Below, in pieces: positions 36,225 to 49,746 of a DNA stretch of 64,000 nucleotides. The stretch comes from Azolla caroliniana. Taxonomy: Eukaryota; Plantae; Polypodiophyta. The stretch covers positions 3,658,001 to 3,722,000 of the forward strand of contig JBHGNT010000003.1 in assembly GCA_043228905.1 (NCBI GenBank), in the 5' to 3' direction. The translations under genes were made by a program, and so were the position numbers. The notes below the pieces were generated by a model, which was not told the DNA's origin, did no database searches, and worked only from the letters and a program-made list of their open reading frames with translations. The number at the start of each line of letters is the position of its first letter. The first letter of the stretch is position 1.

Positions 36225-37075
36225 AGTAGTTGCATCTTGAGACACAAACCTTCTTCAACCTGCTCATAGTTAGCAACACATACAACCTGCTACCAAATGT
36301 ATACATCCTAATACAACACCTTTTGACAGTTTGTCTCCACTCATCCTCCCCAGAAAAATGAGAAAACCGCTCCCCAAATTTGAAAAAGTAAATGAAATAT
36401 AAGCTATCCTCCCTGTCACTCCCTAGAACTGCTTCAACATCCTTTAACATTATCCATCTCTGCCACAAAGTAAAAAGATTTTCCCATAAGGATGGCTTCC
36501 CCAAGCAAAGCCAAACCACTCTTCTATTTTCCACTTTCAACGTACACAAAGTAGCTGCATCTTGAGAGTCTTCTATTTTCCACATTCAACCTACTCATAG
36601 TTAGCAATACATAAGACCTGCTACTAAATGTATACATCCTAGTACAATACCTTTTGACAGTTTGTCTCCACTCATCCTCCCTAGAAAAATGAGAAAACCA
36701 TTCCCCAAATTTGAAAAGTAATTGAAACATAATCTAGCTTCCCTATCACTCCCTAGAACTGCTTCAACATCCTTTAAAATAATCCATCTTTGTCACAAGC
36801 ACAAAGCAAAAAGATTTTCCCATAAGGATGGCTTCCCCAAGCAAAGCCAAACCAATCTTCTATTCTCCATATTCAACTTACACAAAATAGCTACATCTTG
36901 AGACACTCTTCTATTTTCCACATTCAACCTGCTCATAGTCAACAACACATAAGACCTGCTACCAAATGTATACCTCCTAATACAACACCTTTTGACAGTT
37001 TTTCTCGAATCTCCACTCATCCTCCCCAGAAAAATGAGAAAATCACTCCCCAAATTTGAAAAGTAAATGAACCTC
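36225..37075. repeat. Tandem repeat, about 330-345 bp unit x about 2.6
   Basis: aaaaatgagaaaa...ccccaaatttgaaaa at about 36355, 36685 and 37030; cccataaggatggcttccccaagcaaagcc occurs twice. Confidence 0.9.
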
Positions 37076-37699
37076 ACCATTGAATAGTTATAGTAAATGC
37101 TTCATCCAACACCCCTCCATCAACTACAGAAGAAAATCTATCAACCAATACGAAGTTATAATAAAAATATTTAAAATAAACTTCCATGTCACTTCATAGA
37201 AATGCTTCGTCCTCCCATAGCAACATCCACTCATTGTCCATTCTAATAGTAATAATAACTACGTCATCCACCATCAACATATGTCCATGGTAATTGTCCA
37301 ATGACACTGCTTCATAGTCCATTAGGTACCTAACAAAACCTGCCAAAAAGTATCAAACATTACAAATTACGTTATAATAGAACTATATAAATAACCTCCC
37401 TATCACATCATAGCAACGTTTCTTCCTCCCATAGCAACATCCTTCTCCAACAAAGAATAGAATTATTATGTTTTTCAACTATACGGATGACTTCCCCAAG
37501 CAAAGACGATCCATAAACCCCCTCACTATTCAGTCTCTAGTATTAAGAATGCTTCATCCACCATCAACATTTGTCTAAGAGCCCAACAACGGTACCTTAT
37601 AGTCCATCAACTACCTTATAGTCCATCAACTACACATTGAACCATATCAAAAAGTTATGTTCTTATGTGATGGAAGTATATTCCATCCCAACTTAAGAC

Positions 37700-39630
37700 T
37701 GGAATAAGAAAGGACTAAGCGGAGGAAACAACCATCGTGGTGCACATAATTCCAACGGTTTTCATGTGTCCCATCCAGCCATAGAGGTATTGGCCACCAT
37801 ATTTGACAATTTTTTCTTCGTTTCTTATGCACCTTTTCTGTTGGTCCTTTAATATTATCATACTCTCCCTTAACTGTGTGTACCAAGTTGTCCCAGAACA
37901 TCTTTATCATATCCACCGCGTTATACTCAATACCTTCATATTTCTTGTTGCATCGACATTTCCACCACACCCATAAAGCATTAATCGAAACAATATTCCA
38001 AACAAAAGACTTTTTAAAATATTTACCGTCCGGAATGTTCGGGAGAACTGCTTCAATTCTATTCTCTGACACATGCAATGCTTCCGCACATTGCTCCCCT
38101 TCGTACATGGATACTTGGACATCCAAAGACCCTAAAAAAATAGCTCCCCATGTAAAAATCGCTCCTCTATATTTACAAGAAAACATCCTTAGTATTCTTC
38201 CCCAATATTTTCGAGCTGCAATACAAGTCCAGAACAAATGTTTCAAAGTCTCCTCATGTAATTGGCAACACAGATAATGACGATCATCAACCTGTCCTTT
38301 TAGATGAAAACCTATAGGTAAAGCATAATGAAGTAATAACCACTTAAAAGAAATGGCTCTCCGCAGACATGGTAAAGTCCATAAACTTTTCCGATAAGCT
38401 GCCAAATATTGAGGCGATGTTGCACCTGACTCCCAATACTTTTGTGCAGCAGGACTTACCCAATGGGGTTGCAACGAGAAGCGTCTCTCGTAGGCCACAT
38501 AATACTGGAAAAAGGGAAGAGTTCTACTTTCTTATTCATTTGTCGAGGAACTTCCAACCAACCGCCATGCATAATCAGTCGGGTCCCAATTAAGGAGTTC
38601 CACCAGCTTACTTTGAAATGCCCACAATAACTGTCGTGCATGGTCTACCAAAAAAGGGTTAGGATCTAGGAAAATCTTCTTGTCTAACCTAGCAATGACC
38701 CTAATGGGTTGAGGCTAGTTGCATACCTTCCGATTCTTCTTCCACTAAATATAAACGACCAACATCTCCAACCTCATAAAATCTTATTCTACCCTCGTTA
38801 GTGTATGCCCTTGCACCTATTAAAATGCCCAAAGGAGAGAAAAGATCGTACCATGTATAATTATTATGTAAGGTAATTTGCCTTTGACAATTCTGAAGAG
38901 CCTGTTGAATCTGAACGAACATCAAACATCCCCCACGTAATGAAGACAAGAATTGTTTTTTGTCCTCATTCGAGAGAAATTGAAAATGCTCCCAATCAAC
39001 CACACTTGTAGCTGGTCCTGAGTCCATTTTCCCCCACGATAAATGCGGCCTAATACCTAAAACACAACCAGAGCTATCAATAAACAAATGATTCCACAAC
39101 AATGGTTGTCTTAGAAATTGGGCTTCTGTTGATGGTAGTTGAAATAGGAGAGCCTCTCTAATGTCCTTCCATGCCCTCAAAATACCTGTAAAAAATCATA
39201 TACAACCAACATTTTGAGCCTTAATTGGAAATTCAAAACTAAACCATCTACAACTATCCTGCCACTGTCCTCCTATGGGAGGCTTAATGTTGCGAATATA
39301 TAACAACCATAACTTTTTCCACAACTCATCCCCAAGCATAAATCCTTTCACGGCATGCTTCACAAGAAGAACCTTACTCTAGAGCATAGGATCTATTAAG
39401 CCCAGTTCACCTTCACTTATTGATGGGATTAAAACCGGCCAAGCAACGTTTGCAACGACCCTTGATACCAGCGAAGCACCCCAAATAAAATTACAAACTA
39501 AGTGTTGTAATTTCAATATAGTAGAACGTGAAAATAACCAAGTTGACGCAATATACCACATTGACACGAGCAAAACCGAGTTTGCCACAACTACCATTCC
39601 TGGTAAAGACAAATTAGTTGTATCCCAATA
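37700..39630 (-). mobile_element. 5'-truncated LINE retrotransposon (ORF2 C-terminal half with zf-RVT), disrupted
   Basis: LSLPGMVVVANSVLLVSMWY, GELGLIDP, FLRQPLLWN, LWTLPCLRRAISFKWLLLHYALP, CCQLHEETLKHLFWTC and LWVWWKCRC, split across frames. Confidence 0.9.
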
Positions 39631-39739
39631 CTCATTTGTTGTTGTTAGTATAGGAATTTGGTGGTAATCATCTATGCTATCATGAGTTGTATTTAGGATC
39701 TACAAAGTCAAAATGGGATATTTATATCTTCAGTACATG

Positions 39740-39980
39740 TTGAACCAGATGCAAACAGAAAAAACTGTATTAACAACTTCGATCAAAAAAATGTTGCTCA
39801 ATATGCTTATGGCTTGGTTGCCTTAGGTCACCAGTTATTCTCTTTGGGACTGTCAGATATTCCCAAGGTTGATCCACACAGCAATTTAGCAGATGCTCTG
39901 AGGGATATGTATCAAAATATGGGAGATGCATTGGCATTACAATATGGTGGATCTGTAACTACTCATAATACTGTTTTTCT
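39740..39980 (+). pseudogene. Orphan fragment of a SAC/FIG4-family phosphoinositide phosphatase
   Basis: NCINNFDQKNVAQYAYGLVALGHQLFSLGLSDIPKVDPHSNLADALRDMYQNMGDALALQYGGSVTTHNTVF corresponds to NCIDCLDRTNVAQYAYGL...MYQxMGDxLAxQYGGSxAHN of plant SAC1-5. The catalytic CX5R motif is destroyed. Confidence 0.85.
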
Positions 39981-41673
39981 TAAGAGGTATGGAAGGGAAA
40001 CCCTCACTTTGGGAGCTGGATTCTAATTATTCCTTAAATGTTGGGAGTAATGGTGATTATTCACATGCATATGATGCTTGGTATAAGAAGTTGCTTTTCA
40101 AGTGTGGACTTAACTAAGGACTCCGTTTTAGTTGCACATAACCAATTATGTAAAACTTACAAAGGAATATGCTTGTTGATGAGGCTGAGATGATCCCATA
40201 TGAAAACATGTTTGTTTTGAATTTGTTGAGGTGTTTTTCCTTAATACTACTGAAAAAAATCTTTGAAGAAAATAAATAAATTGTGAAACAAGTAATTACA
40301 CTTTTTCCCCTTAAATCACATCAAACGTCTCATCAAATATCTCACATTGGATTCTGAGAGAACCATCATATTCACATACAAGGTGATGATGTGTCATTAT
40401 TGGGTTGACCTCTCTCCATGTCCACCGACTGACATGAAATGTTTGCCAAAAGTCGATTGAGTACAACTTCTAAACCTACCTGGAAAAAAAGAGAAATCAT
40501 GAAATTATGGTAATGCTATATATGATATAACAAAATTAGAGAAATATTAACCTTCATCATCTAAGTCGAGTCGATTTGTTGGTGTCATAAACCCTAAATC
40601 CCTTTCTCAATCATGTAAATCAAGTTTACATTTAATTTTGAGAACTCATGGAAGCATAGGTAGTGATGATTAATGCATCTACCAAGAATTTATAGATGGG
40701 GGCTCATCAACAAGCAAGATTTCATGCTTGAGTGTGCCAATATCTCTCATGGTATAGACAGTGGCTACAAGTGTTGTTCGTGATGGTGATGGTGATGGTG
40801 ATGGTGATATGTGTGTTGGTGTAGGTGTTGGTACTAAAAAATAAAGTATGCGAACTCACACATAGAGAGAGCTCCTCAAACTATTGAGTTCATAAGATTT
40901 TAAGAACTATGTCTCCTAGAAATTGATGGCAGTAGTTTGTGGCCAGTATGACAATATGTATGCATGGTTCCCTAGAGACTATGAATAGGAGAAGGAAGAA
41001 GCTTCTTCACTTATGGAAAAAGTTGCCCCTCTTTACAATGTCAACTCAAGGGCCTTAATGGCACTATCGCTTCCATGGACCCTTGAACATCAGTACATCA
41101 TGATAGTGTAGATCAACAAATTCCAAAACCTTCTACAAAGTCCTATCTTTGGTCTTAGGATTATTGTACATCGTGTACATAAAAAGTTGTAAGTTCTTGG
41201 GCAAACAAGTTCAAGTTGTAGCCTTCAGACGGTTTTTCTTAAAACTATTGAAGAATATCGTTTAAAGAGAAAGGAACTTGGTCTCCTATTTATGCCCCTT
41301 GTTGATTAGCTCCAAAGCCCTCATGATATTTCTTTACGACAAAGAGGATTGTAGGAATGGTTGTCAATAAATCATCAAATGGATCTATGTTTGCCTAAAC
41401 ATAAATGTCACTATGTATATATGTATTCTCTCATCATACAAAGTAGATGGTGATTTTTTCCTAGTGTATAAATTACAAAGTGTGCATAAGCAAGCTAAGC
41501 TAAGAAGGACCTCCTAGATGGCTAGAGATGGAATGGTTCAACAATTTAATCTTGTCCAAGCACGAATACTATAACCATGACCATAATAGGTAAAAAAGTA
41601 CATCATTACTAAACAAACCCACCACATCTTCTAGTTGAAAAATCTAAGCCCTAATAGGTACAGTCCAAATAAA

Positions 41674-41911
41674 ACAACTTGTCCAAGTTGTGGTCGAGAA
41701 TACCTAGTCCTAGACTACCATAAGAAGAAGAAAATGAAAGATATGAAGCTACTTCTTGTTGTGCCATAAAAGGTAGGAGTACATGTCATAAACAAAGCAA
41801 CTTGTCCAAGTTGTGGTCGAGAATACCTAGTCCTAGACTTCCATAAGAATAAGAAAATGAAAGATATGAATCTACTACTTGTCGTGCCATAAGAGGTAGA
41901 AGCACATGTCA
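41674..41911. repeat. Tandem duplication, about 123 bp unit x2
   Basis: caacttgtccaagttgtggtcgagaatacctagtcctagact...acatgtcat occurs twice. Confidence 0.9.
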
Positions 41912-42404
41912 TGATATCGAGCTCTTCAAATAATGTAAAACTTAGAATGAAATGTGTAAGGGACTCAAACTATTTATGGAAAAATTGTAAGCAAAACAAG
42001 TCAGAAACAAGTAAGCCCTCACAATTAAGGGGTTTATCAATAAATGGAGCAATATCGATAAATGTTTGAATTTGGAAGAATCCTTGTGTATCTCATTTTA
42101 TACCTTTTTTTTCTCCCAAAAAAACACTACTTCGCATTAGTTAGCAAATAGAATATAGCAGAGTTTACCCGAGACCACAGTGGAATCAACATAGACAACT
42201 CGGTGGAACAACTCCAAAACTATAAAAAAATAGCAAAAACTCACGCGACCTGTAACTCCAACAAAACTAAAATAAACCCCATTTTACCACGTCTCTACTT
42301 CTCCCAATGAACTCTTTTATAATAAAGTTATCCGGTAACATGATTATGCTAACCCACTTGTGCTTCAACTATACATACATAATTACATCCCATATACAAT
42401 ATTG

Positions 42405-42870
42405 GGAGCCATCGGCGGAAACAGCCGCCTAGGCGCCTGATAATTCCACTTAGGCCTCGTCGAAGATTTGACCATCATGGGAGAACTACCCCATTTTAGC
42501 AAGAACTTTGACCTTGCCCTTTCTGCTTCATCTGATTCTTCCTTAATCGAGGCATACCTTCAGCGCAACCAGGCCACAAGGTCAAACCAGATATTTAACA
42601 TCACCTCCCCGCATGAGAGCTTTTGCTACTGAAAAACAAACTTACAATGCCTGGTCTAAATGTGCCAGACCGATAAGTACACCACCATAAGCCAAATCTC
42701 CTCAAAAAATTCAAATTTGTGACAGGTCTCACCCCATCACAATGGAACACATTACCACCCTGCATTATAATTTCATGTCCATGTGGGTTTAAATGTTCTG
42801 CCCAGCTTTCCCCTTTTAGGGATAGTCCTTGTATGGAGCCCCACACAACGTTCCCATTCACGCCACAACC
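42405..42870 (-). mobile_element. LINE ORF2 3'-end remnant
   Basis: Minus-strand translation EIWLMVVYLSVWHI*TRHCKFVFQ...IWFDLVAWLR*RYASIKEESDEAERARSKFLLKWG...KWNYQAPRRLFPP parallels the C-terminus of the LINE at 37700-38000. Confidence 0.75.
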
Positions 42871-43524
42871 ACGATTCGAAGTCTTCTACTCCAAATGCTA
42901 ATTGCCTCTATACATGTCTCATTTTTATACTATGTTATTCATTAACTAAATGATAACCATGTCCCTTTCACTCTTTAGTGGGTATAAACATTTATACATA
43001 TTACCTTCTAACTCAATTACAATGTTAGTCTCTCTCTCCCCCCTCCCCTTCTCTCTACTTCTATTAGGAGTTTTGACTTTGGCCCCACATGAAAGCATCA
43101 GACGTGAGATGTCCAATGCATACTTAATAGTGACTGTGTGCAATACCGAAATAAAATAAGGGACTTATCATCCAAACCTTCCCCGACTTCATTTCCAGTG
43201 CATTGAGTTTTCATGCTCAGTAATTCCCAACCTAGAAAGGTCTTTGTCATCCTCTAAAGAAATAACTAATTTTCTCTCATGTTGCATGTTATCTTCAAAT
43301 ATGTATTGTGGGGTAATCATCCTTACACTTATTTTCTAAAAAGTAGAGGTGTAGGCCCTAGGGTTCACATAATATATCATTTTGATCGATTTGACCTTTA
43401 TTTACTTTTGCCAAAAATTTAGTATCTAGGTGTTTTCACATTGTGGGCTAAAATTATCACGACACCGTGATTTTGCAAAAAGTGTGGTTACATGAAGGCC
43501 ATGATTATACGAAGGACCACCAAA

Positions 43525-43995
43525 TGCAAGGAAGACAAAGCTATAGAGACAATCGTGGAGACTTTCAATTAGTTGGATGGGAAGAACATATAACGCTATC
43601 TATAAAGTCGAAATTCTTATGAGATACATATAAAAGAGCAATTGAGTAGCTTTAGAGTTCCATGGAGATGCAAGTGGAGAGCTGAAATTAGGAAGAAACC
43701 AAGAGAGGGATGCTCGAAGAGTATATTTCAATGACCCTCAAAAATGACTAAGAAATGCCTAATGGACTAGGTCGAGTCGCATGACAAGAAAACAAAAAGT
43801 GCAACTCTCTTGGAGTTTGAGAAAATATTCAAGCGCTTCTCAACACTACATAGGACGATCCTTGACTTGAGAAAAGTCTTATTATTTCTTGAAGTGGTGA
43901 ATTCTAGAGACAAGAGGGACATGGGCCTCATGTTTGAGAATGACAAGGATTGTGCAATGGTGAAGAGAGCATGGCATCGCTTTGACAAGCGATGA
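43525..43995 (+). mobile_element. Decayed LTR-retrotransposon (Ty3/gypsy-type) gag-like remnant
   Basis: LDGKNI...RYL and LLEFEKIFKRFSTLHRTILDLRKVLLFLEVV resemble gag-like proteins recalled from fern retroelements. Several stops; no LTRs identified. Confidence 0.45.
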
Positions 43996-46900
43996 CAATG
44001 GGATGATGAGGCCTCTTCAAGCACCCTAGCTTGTGAAGAAAGACATCAATCCAAAACTCATGGAATCATGTTTGGTCAACACTACGGAATATGTTGGATC
44101 CTAAACCAGACAATAGTTGTCAACATTACTTATGGAATATGTTGTGTTATTTAGGCGATTAAAGTGTGATTAATGGACAAACCCACTCTTAAAATATCTC
44201 AAGTGGGATATGCTCCAACGTCATGGAAATAATTTCAATTACATCTTATTGAGTGTAATTTTCTCTGTTATAATAGAGAAGTCATAATCAAGGTTATTGT
44301 CATGGGGATGATAGCTTAAATAGTTAAAGCATACCGGGTTCATTGGTCAATATGTACTTGGGACATATTTAGTGTTTTTTCCTTTTACAAAAAATTGGTA
44401 AATAAACAAATATTAACCAAAAAAACAAATAATTAGCAATATTATGTAAACAAATAATAGTTAAAAGAGTAATTAATTAATTAATTAATAGGTGAATAGC
44501 CTAATGCCAATTTGCCTAAATGGACCATTGTACCAAATTAGACTTCCATGACAAAAACCTATGATAGAATCGGCTTTGATTGAGACCCCTCTCCTAGTTC
44601 AAAACCCCCCATGGCTCCTACTCACTTTCAGTCTTACTTCTCTTTTGAGACATCACGCTTAAAGGATTCATAATTGTAGATGAGTGCATCAAAAGATAGT
44701 GTTGAGATCAATGTGACTGGGGAATGAAGCTTTATGGATTGTGCCTTTCAATCCCTCCGAATAGTCTTTTCCATCAAGTGTCCACCACACATTTTGATAA
44801 AAAAAACATTGAATGTCTGTATCTTGATTTTGCACATGTTTTTCAATCTCCGATCTAATGCTAACATTTGATATTTGATGCCATTATTAGTTGGTTATGA
44901 CTATCCATCGGTATCCAAGTTGTTTATGCAATTTGTGTTCCATTTCATACTATATGAATGTGATGATGGCTATTGATGCTACAAATATTCAAAACATCCC
45001 GGAGTTAGCTAGTTCATGCTCATGAGTCATAAGCATACAATACTAATTATTTATGCCTACTTACATACATATATGTGAAGTACTTCTGCATTTATGTGTT
45101 CCCATTTTATGCCACATATATGTGACTCTAGCTATTGATGTGACTTTGGATGATGACAAACTTATGCTAACCGTAAAATATTTGTGAGTTGCAATTTACA
45201 TGGGTGAGGACCACTCTCTTATTTCCTTGAGCTTAATTTTAATTGAATATGTATGGACAAATAAGAGAATATTGCCCAAAATATTGAATATTCTGTTGGG
45301 AATTTTCTCATTGGAAATTGTAATATACAACGCAAGAGCTCAAAGTGGGTTATTTACTTTTAGAAGATGTTCCAAATTACGTATTTCATTAGTAGACCAT
45401 AAACAAGTTATAGCACCGAATAAATATTATCCATTTTATCAATCTATGTATGCATTAAGAGATGACTAAGGTTTAAGCATATGATTTCATTGTCATATGA
45501 CCTATCATTCAAAAGTTCTTGATGAGAGGAATAGATGGCACATCGGATCTCTTGGACTATGCAGAATGTGCATACACACACATAAATCTTGTGGGTAGCA
45601 TTGGACACATCCCAACATATGCATCAATTTTGGTGAAAGCCCATGTAAATGTTTAAAGTACCCAAGTTCTATTCTTCTTTTTGTTTTTGTTTTTGTTTTT
45701 TGGGTTACCATTAGACAAGAGCAAAGTGTTAATATAGTACATACACAAAGAGAAAGTAATGTAAGTATGTGGGGCACATGGATTTTTCGTCTTTAGATAT
45801 TTCGTAGTGATCACATGTTTCCAAAGCATCCTTCAGTTTAAATGGACTATGTGTATATATTACCATACATAAATATATAGGAGAAATGTATTCAACACGC
45901 ATATGTTAGTTATACATCATGGAGCCTTTTGGTCTCCTCTCTTCTAGACAAAGTGTCTCACATTAACAATAGTCTTTCTTGTTCTCATATTTTCTCATTG
46001 ATCTCTTTGACTCTTCATTGTCTCGACTAGCCCCTTGAATTGGCTCACCATGCCCATTTTGCTTCCCCTATCACCTTGGCCATAACAAATATATATATAT
46101 ATATATATTCTCCCAAAAGGCCATAACAAATATATGACATTATCAATTGAATTATTGTGATTATCTTACAATTCCAGCCATATTGATCATCTTATCACAA
46201 TCAGAAGCAAACCTTAGGTCATGAATGCTTTATCATCCTTTTACAATGAGAACCATTTAGAGAAAAAAAGTAATGAACACAAGGAGTGACCTAATCATCA
46301 AACAAACAAATGAGTGACCATGGTCATATTAATCATCTTCTCATTGCCAAACATCACATAAAAATTTATTTGAGCCATGAACATTTTATTTTCCACTTGC
46401 AAACAATCTCTTGAACAAGAATGGCATTGACCCATGAAGATGTTTTACAATGAACACTATATTAAAAAGTCAAGCAATATTATCGAACGTCTTGTCACCA
46501 CCATAGGCAAATCAACCTTTTTCTTAAATGTGTCAACCATATCATGACTACTAAGATGAATTTATCTTTTTATCTTCCCTAAGTAGCAATGTATATAATT
46601 ATGAGATTAAGGTAATGAACAATGATACAAATAAGTTTTATGTTGGAGAATTGAGATAATAAATATGTATTGAGTTGAGTTCTCAACAACTTAGGATTTA
46701 CATCCATAAACTAAAAAAAAGGTTGCAAAGCACAATCGTGATTGCCAAGGGACACATATCCATATATTTGCCATTAAGAAATCCAAAATCAAGTAAGTGC
46801 ATGCACATATAGGTTTAAAGGTAGTGTTTCACCTTCTGGTTTAACATGTAATATCTAATTTTTATTAGGGAGAACCATGATCTCACGAACACCACCAAAC

Positions 46901-48871
46901 TTTCTAGCTTATGCCTCCTGAGAAAAAACATGTCCTACATAGAACAAAACGATCGCGGAATCATTTATCCTTTTATCCTATTTATGATGGCAACCTTCAC
47001 CTAATTGATCATCCATCCATTTATAGAGGAATGTGGCGCAATTTGGTTATATAGTATTCGAGTTGGCCATAATTGAAGTTTCTTAGGTAATGAATACATG
47101 ACTGCAATTATTAGACTAGGCATCCCATAAATGAGCAAAATTTCATCTCACTATACAAGGACTATAGATGGAGATCCTATAATCCATATACAGACAACTT
47201 GAAATGGTAGGCCAAGGTTAACAATTTGAGTCATGGTCGTTTTCTTTTCAATGCACTATAATTTAGTGATTGGCATGCCTTAAATGAGTCAATGTAGTGA
47301 AGAGGACTAAAATTTGATTGGCTAAGCATGATATAAAAGAATTCAGAATTCAGCAATAGATAGGTTCACACCAACATATGATCGATGGGCTTGGAAAAAT
47401 CAAAGCAAAAAAATACCTAAGTTGATACATTTCACACTTCAAAATTAGAAAAGCTCAACAGAGGTATCGTGGATTATGGTTACACTATAATGAACACTAT
47501 ATGAGACTATTACCCCCATGCATATGCACCATTACATGTAAGGATATGCATGGGGACACCCTACTAACGTATAAGGGGATCATAAACCCCTTGTGTCTAT
47601 GTGCGACACATGTGTATGCGGAGGCATGAGTTGTATGCCATCTAGATTGTTTGCATCCTCGAACCAAGTAACTTCTGAGGTTTTCACTAGAAAGAACCGA
47701 GTACATGGTAAGAGTTGCCCACACCCTTATCCCCCATATAATAAATTAGGTGTCCAAATTGCTTTCTTGCAACAACTCACTCAAGGTCTTTTACATACAA
47801 CCCAAATCTAGTAGATTCACAAATTCAATGTAAATAAACATAGTTATTAAAGGTGAGCTATAGGTTCTATTTTATACAGAAAGCAATGAACATGTACACA
47901 CCATGACCATAAATATCGCAAAGAGTGTGACGTCAAATGGTACTCAATAAGCACATATATGCATCATTATCATTAGCTTAAGGTTTTGGGGATAAGATGG
48001 AGTCCTCAAAACAATTACTAGAAAGAGCCCGCATAAAAGTAAGACTAAAAAAAATGTTTTGCCTCACCTATTTTCCACATCCATATTTCCTAATATGAGT
48101 TTTCTCAAGAAAGAGCCCGCATACATAGTGGATGGACATTCTCTATGACTTACTAGAAAGAGCGTTAGATTTTATACGAGATAAAAAGATAACTTTGCGT
48201 GATGTTTCCCCATGGTGATTAACATTAGGAAGCTCCACACGCTTCACTATGTGCGATGCGAGCATCTAACATAGGCATTAATGAACATTTTTCCCCTCGT
48301 CGTATGTGTCCCTACATTCATTGTTCAATACTTCGCAAATGATGATTGATGGGATGAGTCATGACAAGGGCAGCGACATCCCAGGCAACCCATCACTCCC
48401 ACAATGCATGGAGCCAAATGTTAGGCCCTGATATGATAGAGATTTCAAACTTCTCACGTCAATGAAGTATTCGAGTTGCAACTCTTGGTGAGATGCACTT
48501 TTCCGAGGGTCTAAGCCAAACAAAATACACAGACACACACATATTATTCCCTACAGAGGTAACACCAACTACCAACAGACAAGTAGCTTTCAAGGATCTA
48601 AGAGCCGAATACACAATAGACACATACGTATTCCTGGCTGGTACTACGAAGAATACCAAGAGACGAACATGGTACGAGTTGGTGTGTGCGAGGTCCCTAT
48701 CGTGGTGTTTGTACATGGATAGTGGGCAAAATGGCTATAGGACTTCCTCTTCACTAAAAGGGCCAATGAAACGAATGACATTCTAGTGACCCCCTCACAC
48801 ACATACATCATCTCTCTAGCATGCAATTGCCCCCTCCCCACACGTATATTCTATTTCATTTTCTCAATGCA

Positions 48872-49271
48872 ATACATACATACATACATAACATACCTAC
48901 ATACCGACAAACATACATACACAAAAAACAAAAAACATACATAGCATATATGCATACATACATACATACATACATAACATACATGTATACATACATAATA
49001 CACATAACATACATACATACATACATACATTAACATACATGTATACATACATAATACACATAACATACATACATACATACATACACACACATATACATAC
49101 ATACACATACATACACACATACATACATACACACACATACATATATACATACACATACATACACACATACACACACATACATACATACACATACATACAC
49201 ACATACACACATACACATACATACATACATACACACATACACATACATACATACATACATACATACATACA
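48872..49271. repeat. Compound (TACA)n/(CA)n microsatellite, about 400 bp
   Basis: Read directly. Confidence 0.95.
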
Positions 49272-49396
49272 GGCATCATCTCTCTAAAAAATCTCGTTGA
49301 CAGTTGGGTGTGTGAGTCCTTTTGAAAACAATATGAACAGCTAGCACAATACATATAGCCTCTGTCTCTCTCTCTTCTCTCTCTGACCAGACACAC

Positions 49397-49398
<2 letters not shown>

Positions 49399-49464
<66 letters not shown>
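49399..49464. repeat. (CA)n(CT)n compound microsatellite upstream of the kinesin
   Basis: Read directly. Confidence 0.95.
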
Positions 49465-49468
<4 letters not shown>

Positions 49469-49697
49469 CTCTGCCTCTCTGGACACACAGAATCCATGGA
49501 TTTCCAAGGTTCATGGCATTGCTTACATGTATCATCTTAGAGAAGAGAACAGAGCAGATGGGACAGGGGGCAGAGACAGAGACAGAGACAGACATAGAGA
49601 CAATGAGAGGAAAAAAGAAAAGAGAAATAGAAAGAGAGGAGTAATCTAATTTGGTTCGTACTCACATGATGTCTGTGTGAGAAAAAAAGAAAAGCTA

Positions 49698-49745
49698 AGA
49701 AGAAGACGAAGAAGAAGAAGAAGAAGAAGAAGAAGAAGAAGAAGA
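49698..49745. repeat. (GAA)n tract immediately upstream of the kinesin ATG
   Basis: Read directly; it ends just before the ATG at 49747. Confidence 0.9.
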
Positions 49746-49746
49746 G

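Noticed and set aside
36193-37080. Three similar ORFs (FSHFSGEDEWRQTVKRCC...)
   Set aside because: Translations of a tandem DNA repeat with inconsistent frames and no recognisable domain.
48821-49507. Several ORFs rich in YVCM/HTYI
   Set aside because: Artefacts of stop-free TACA/CA microsatellites.
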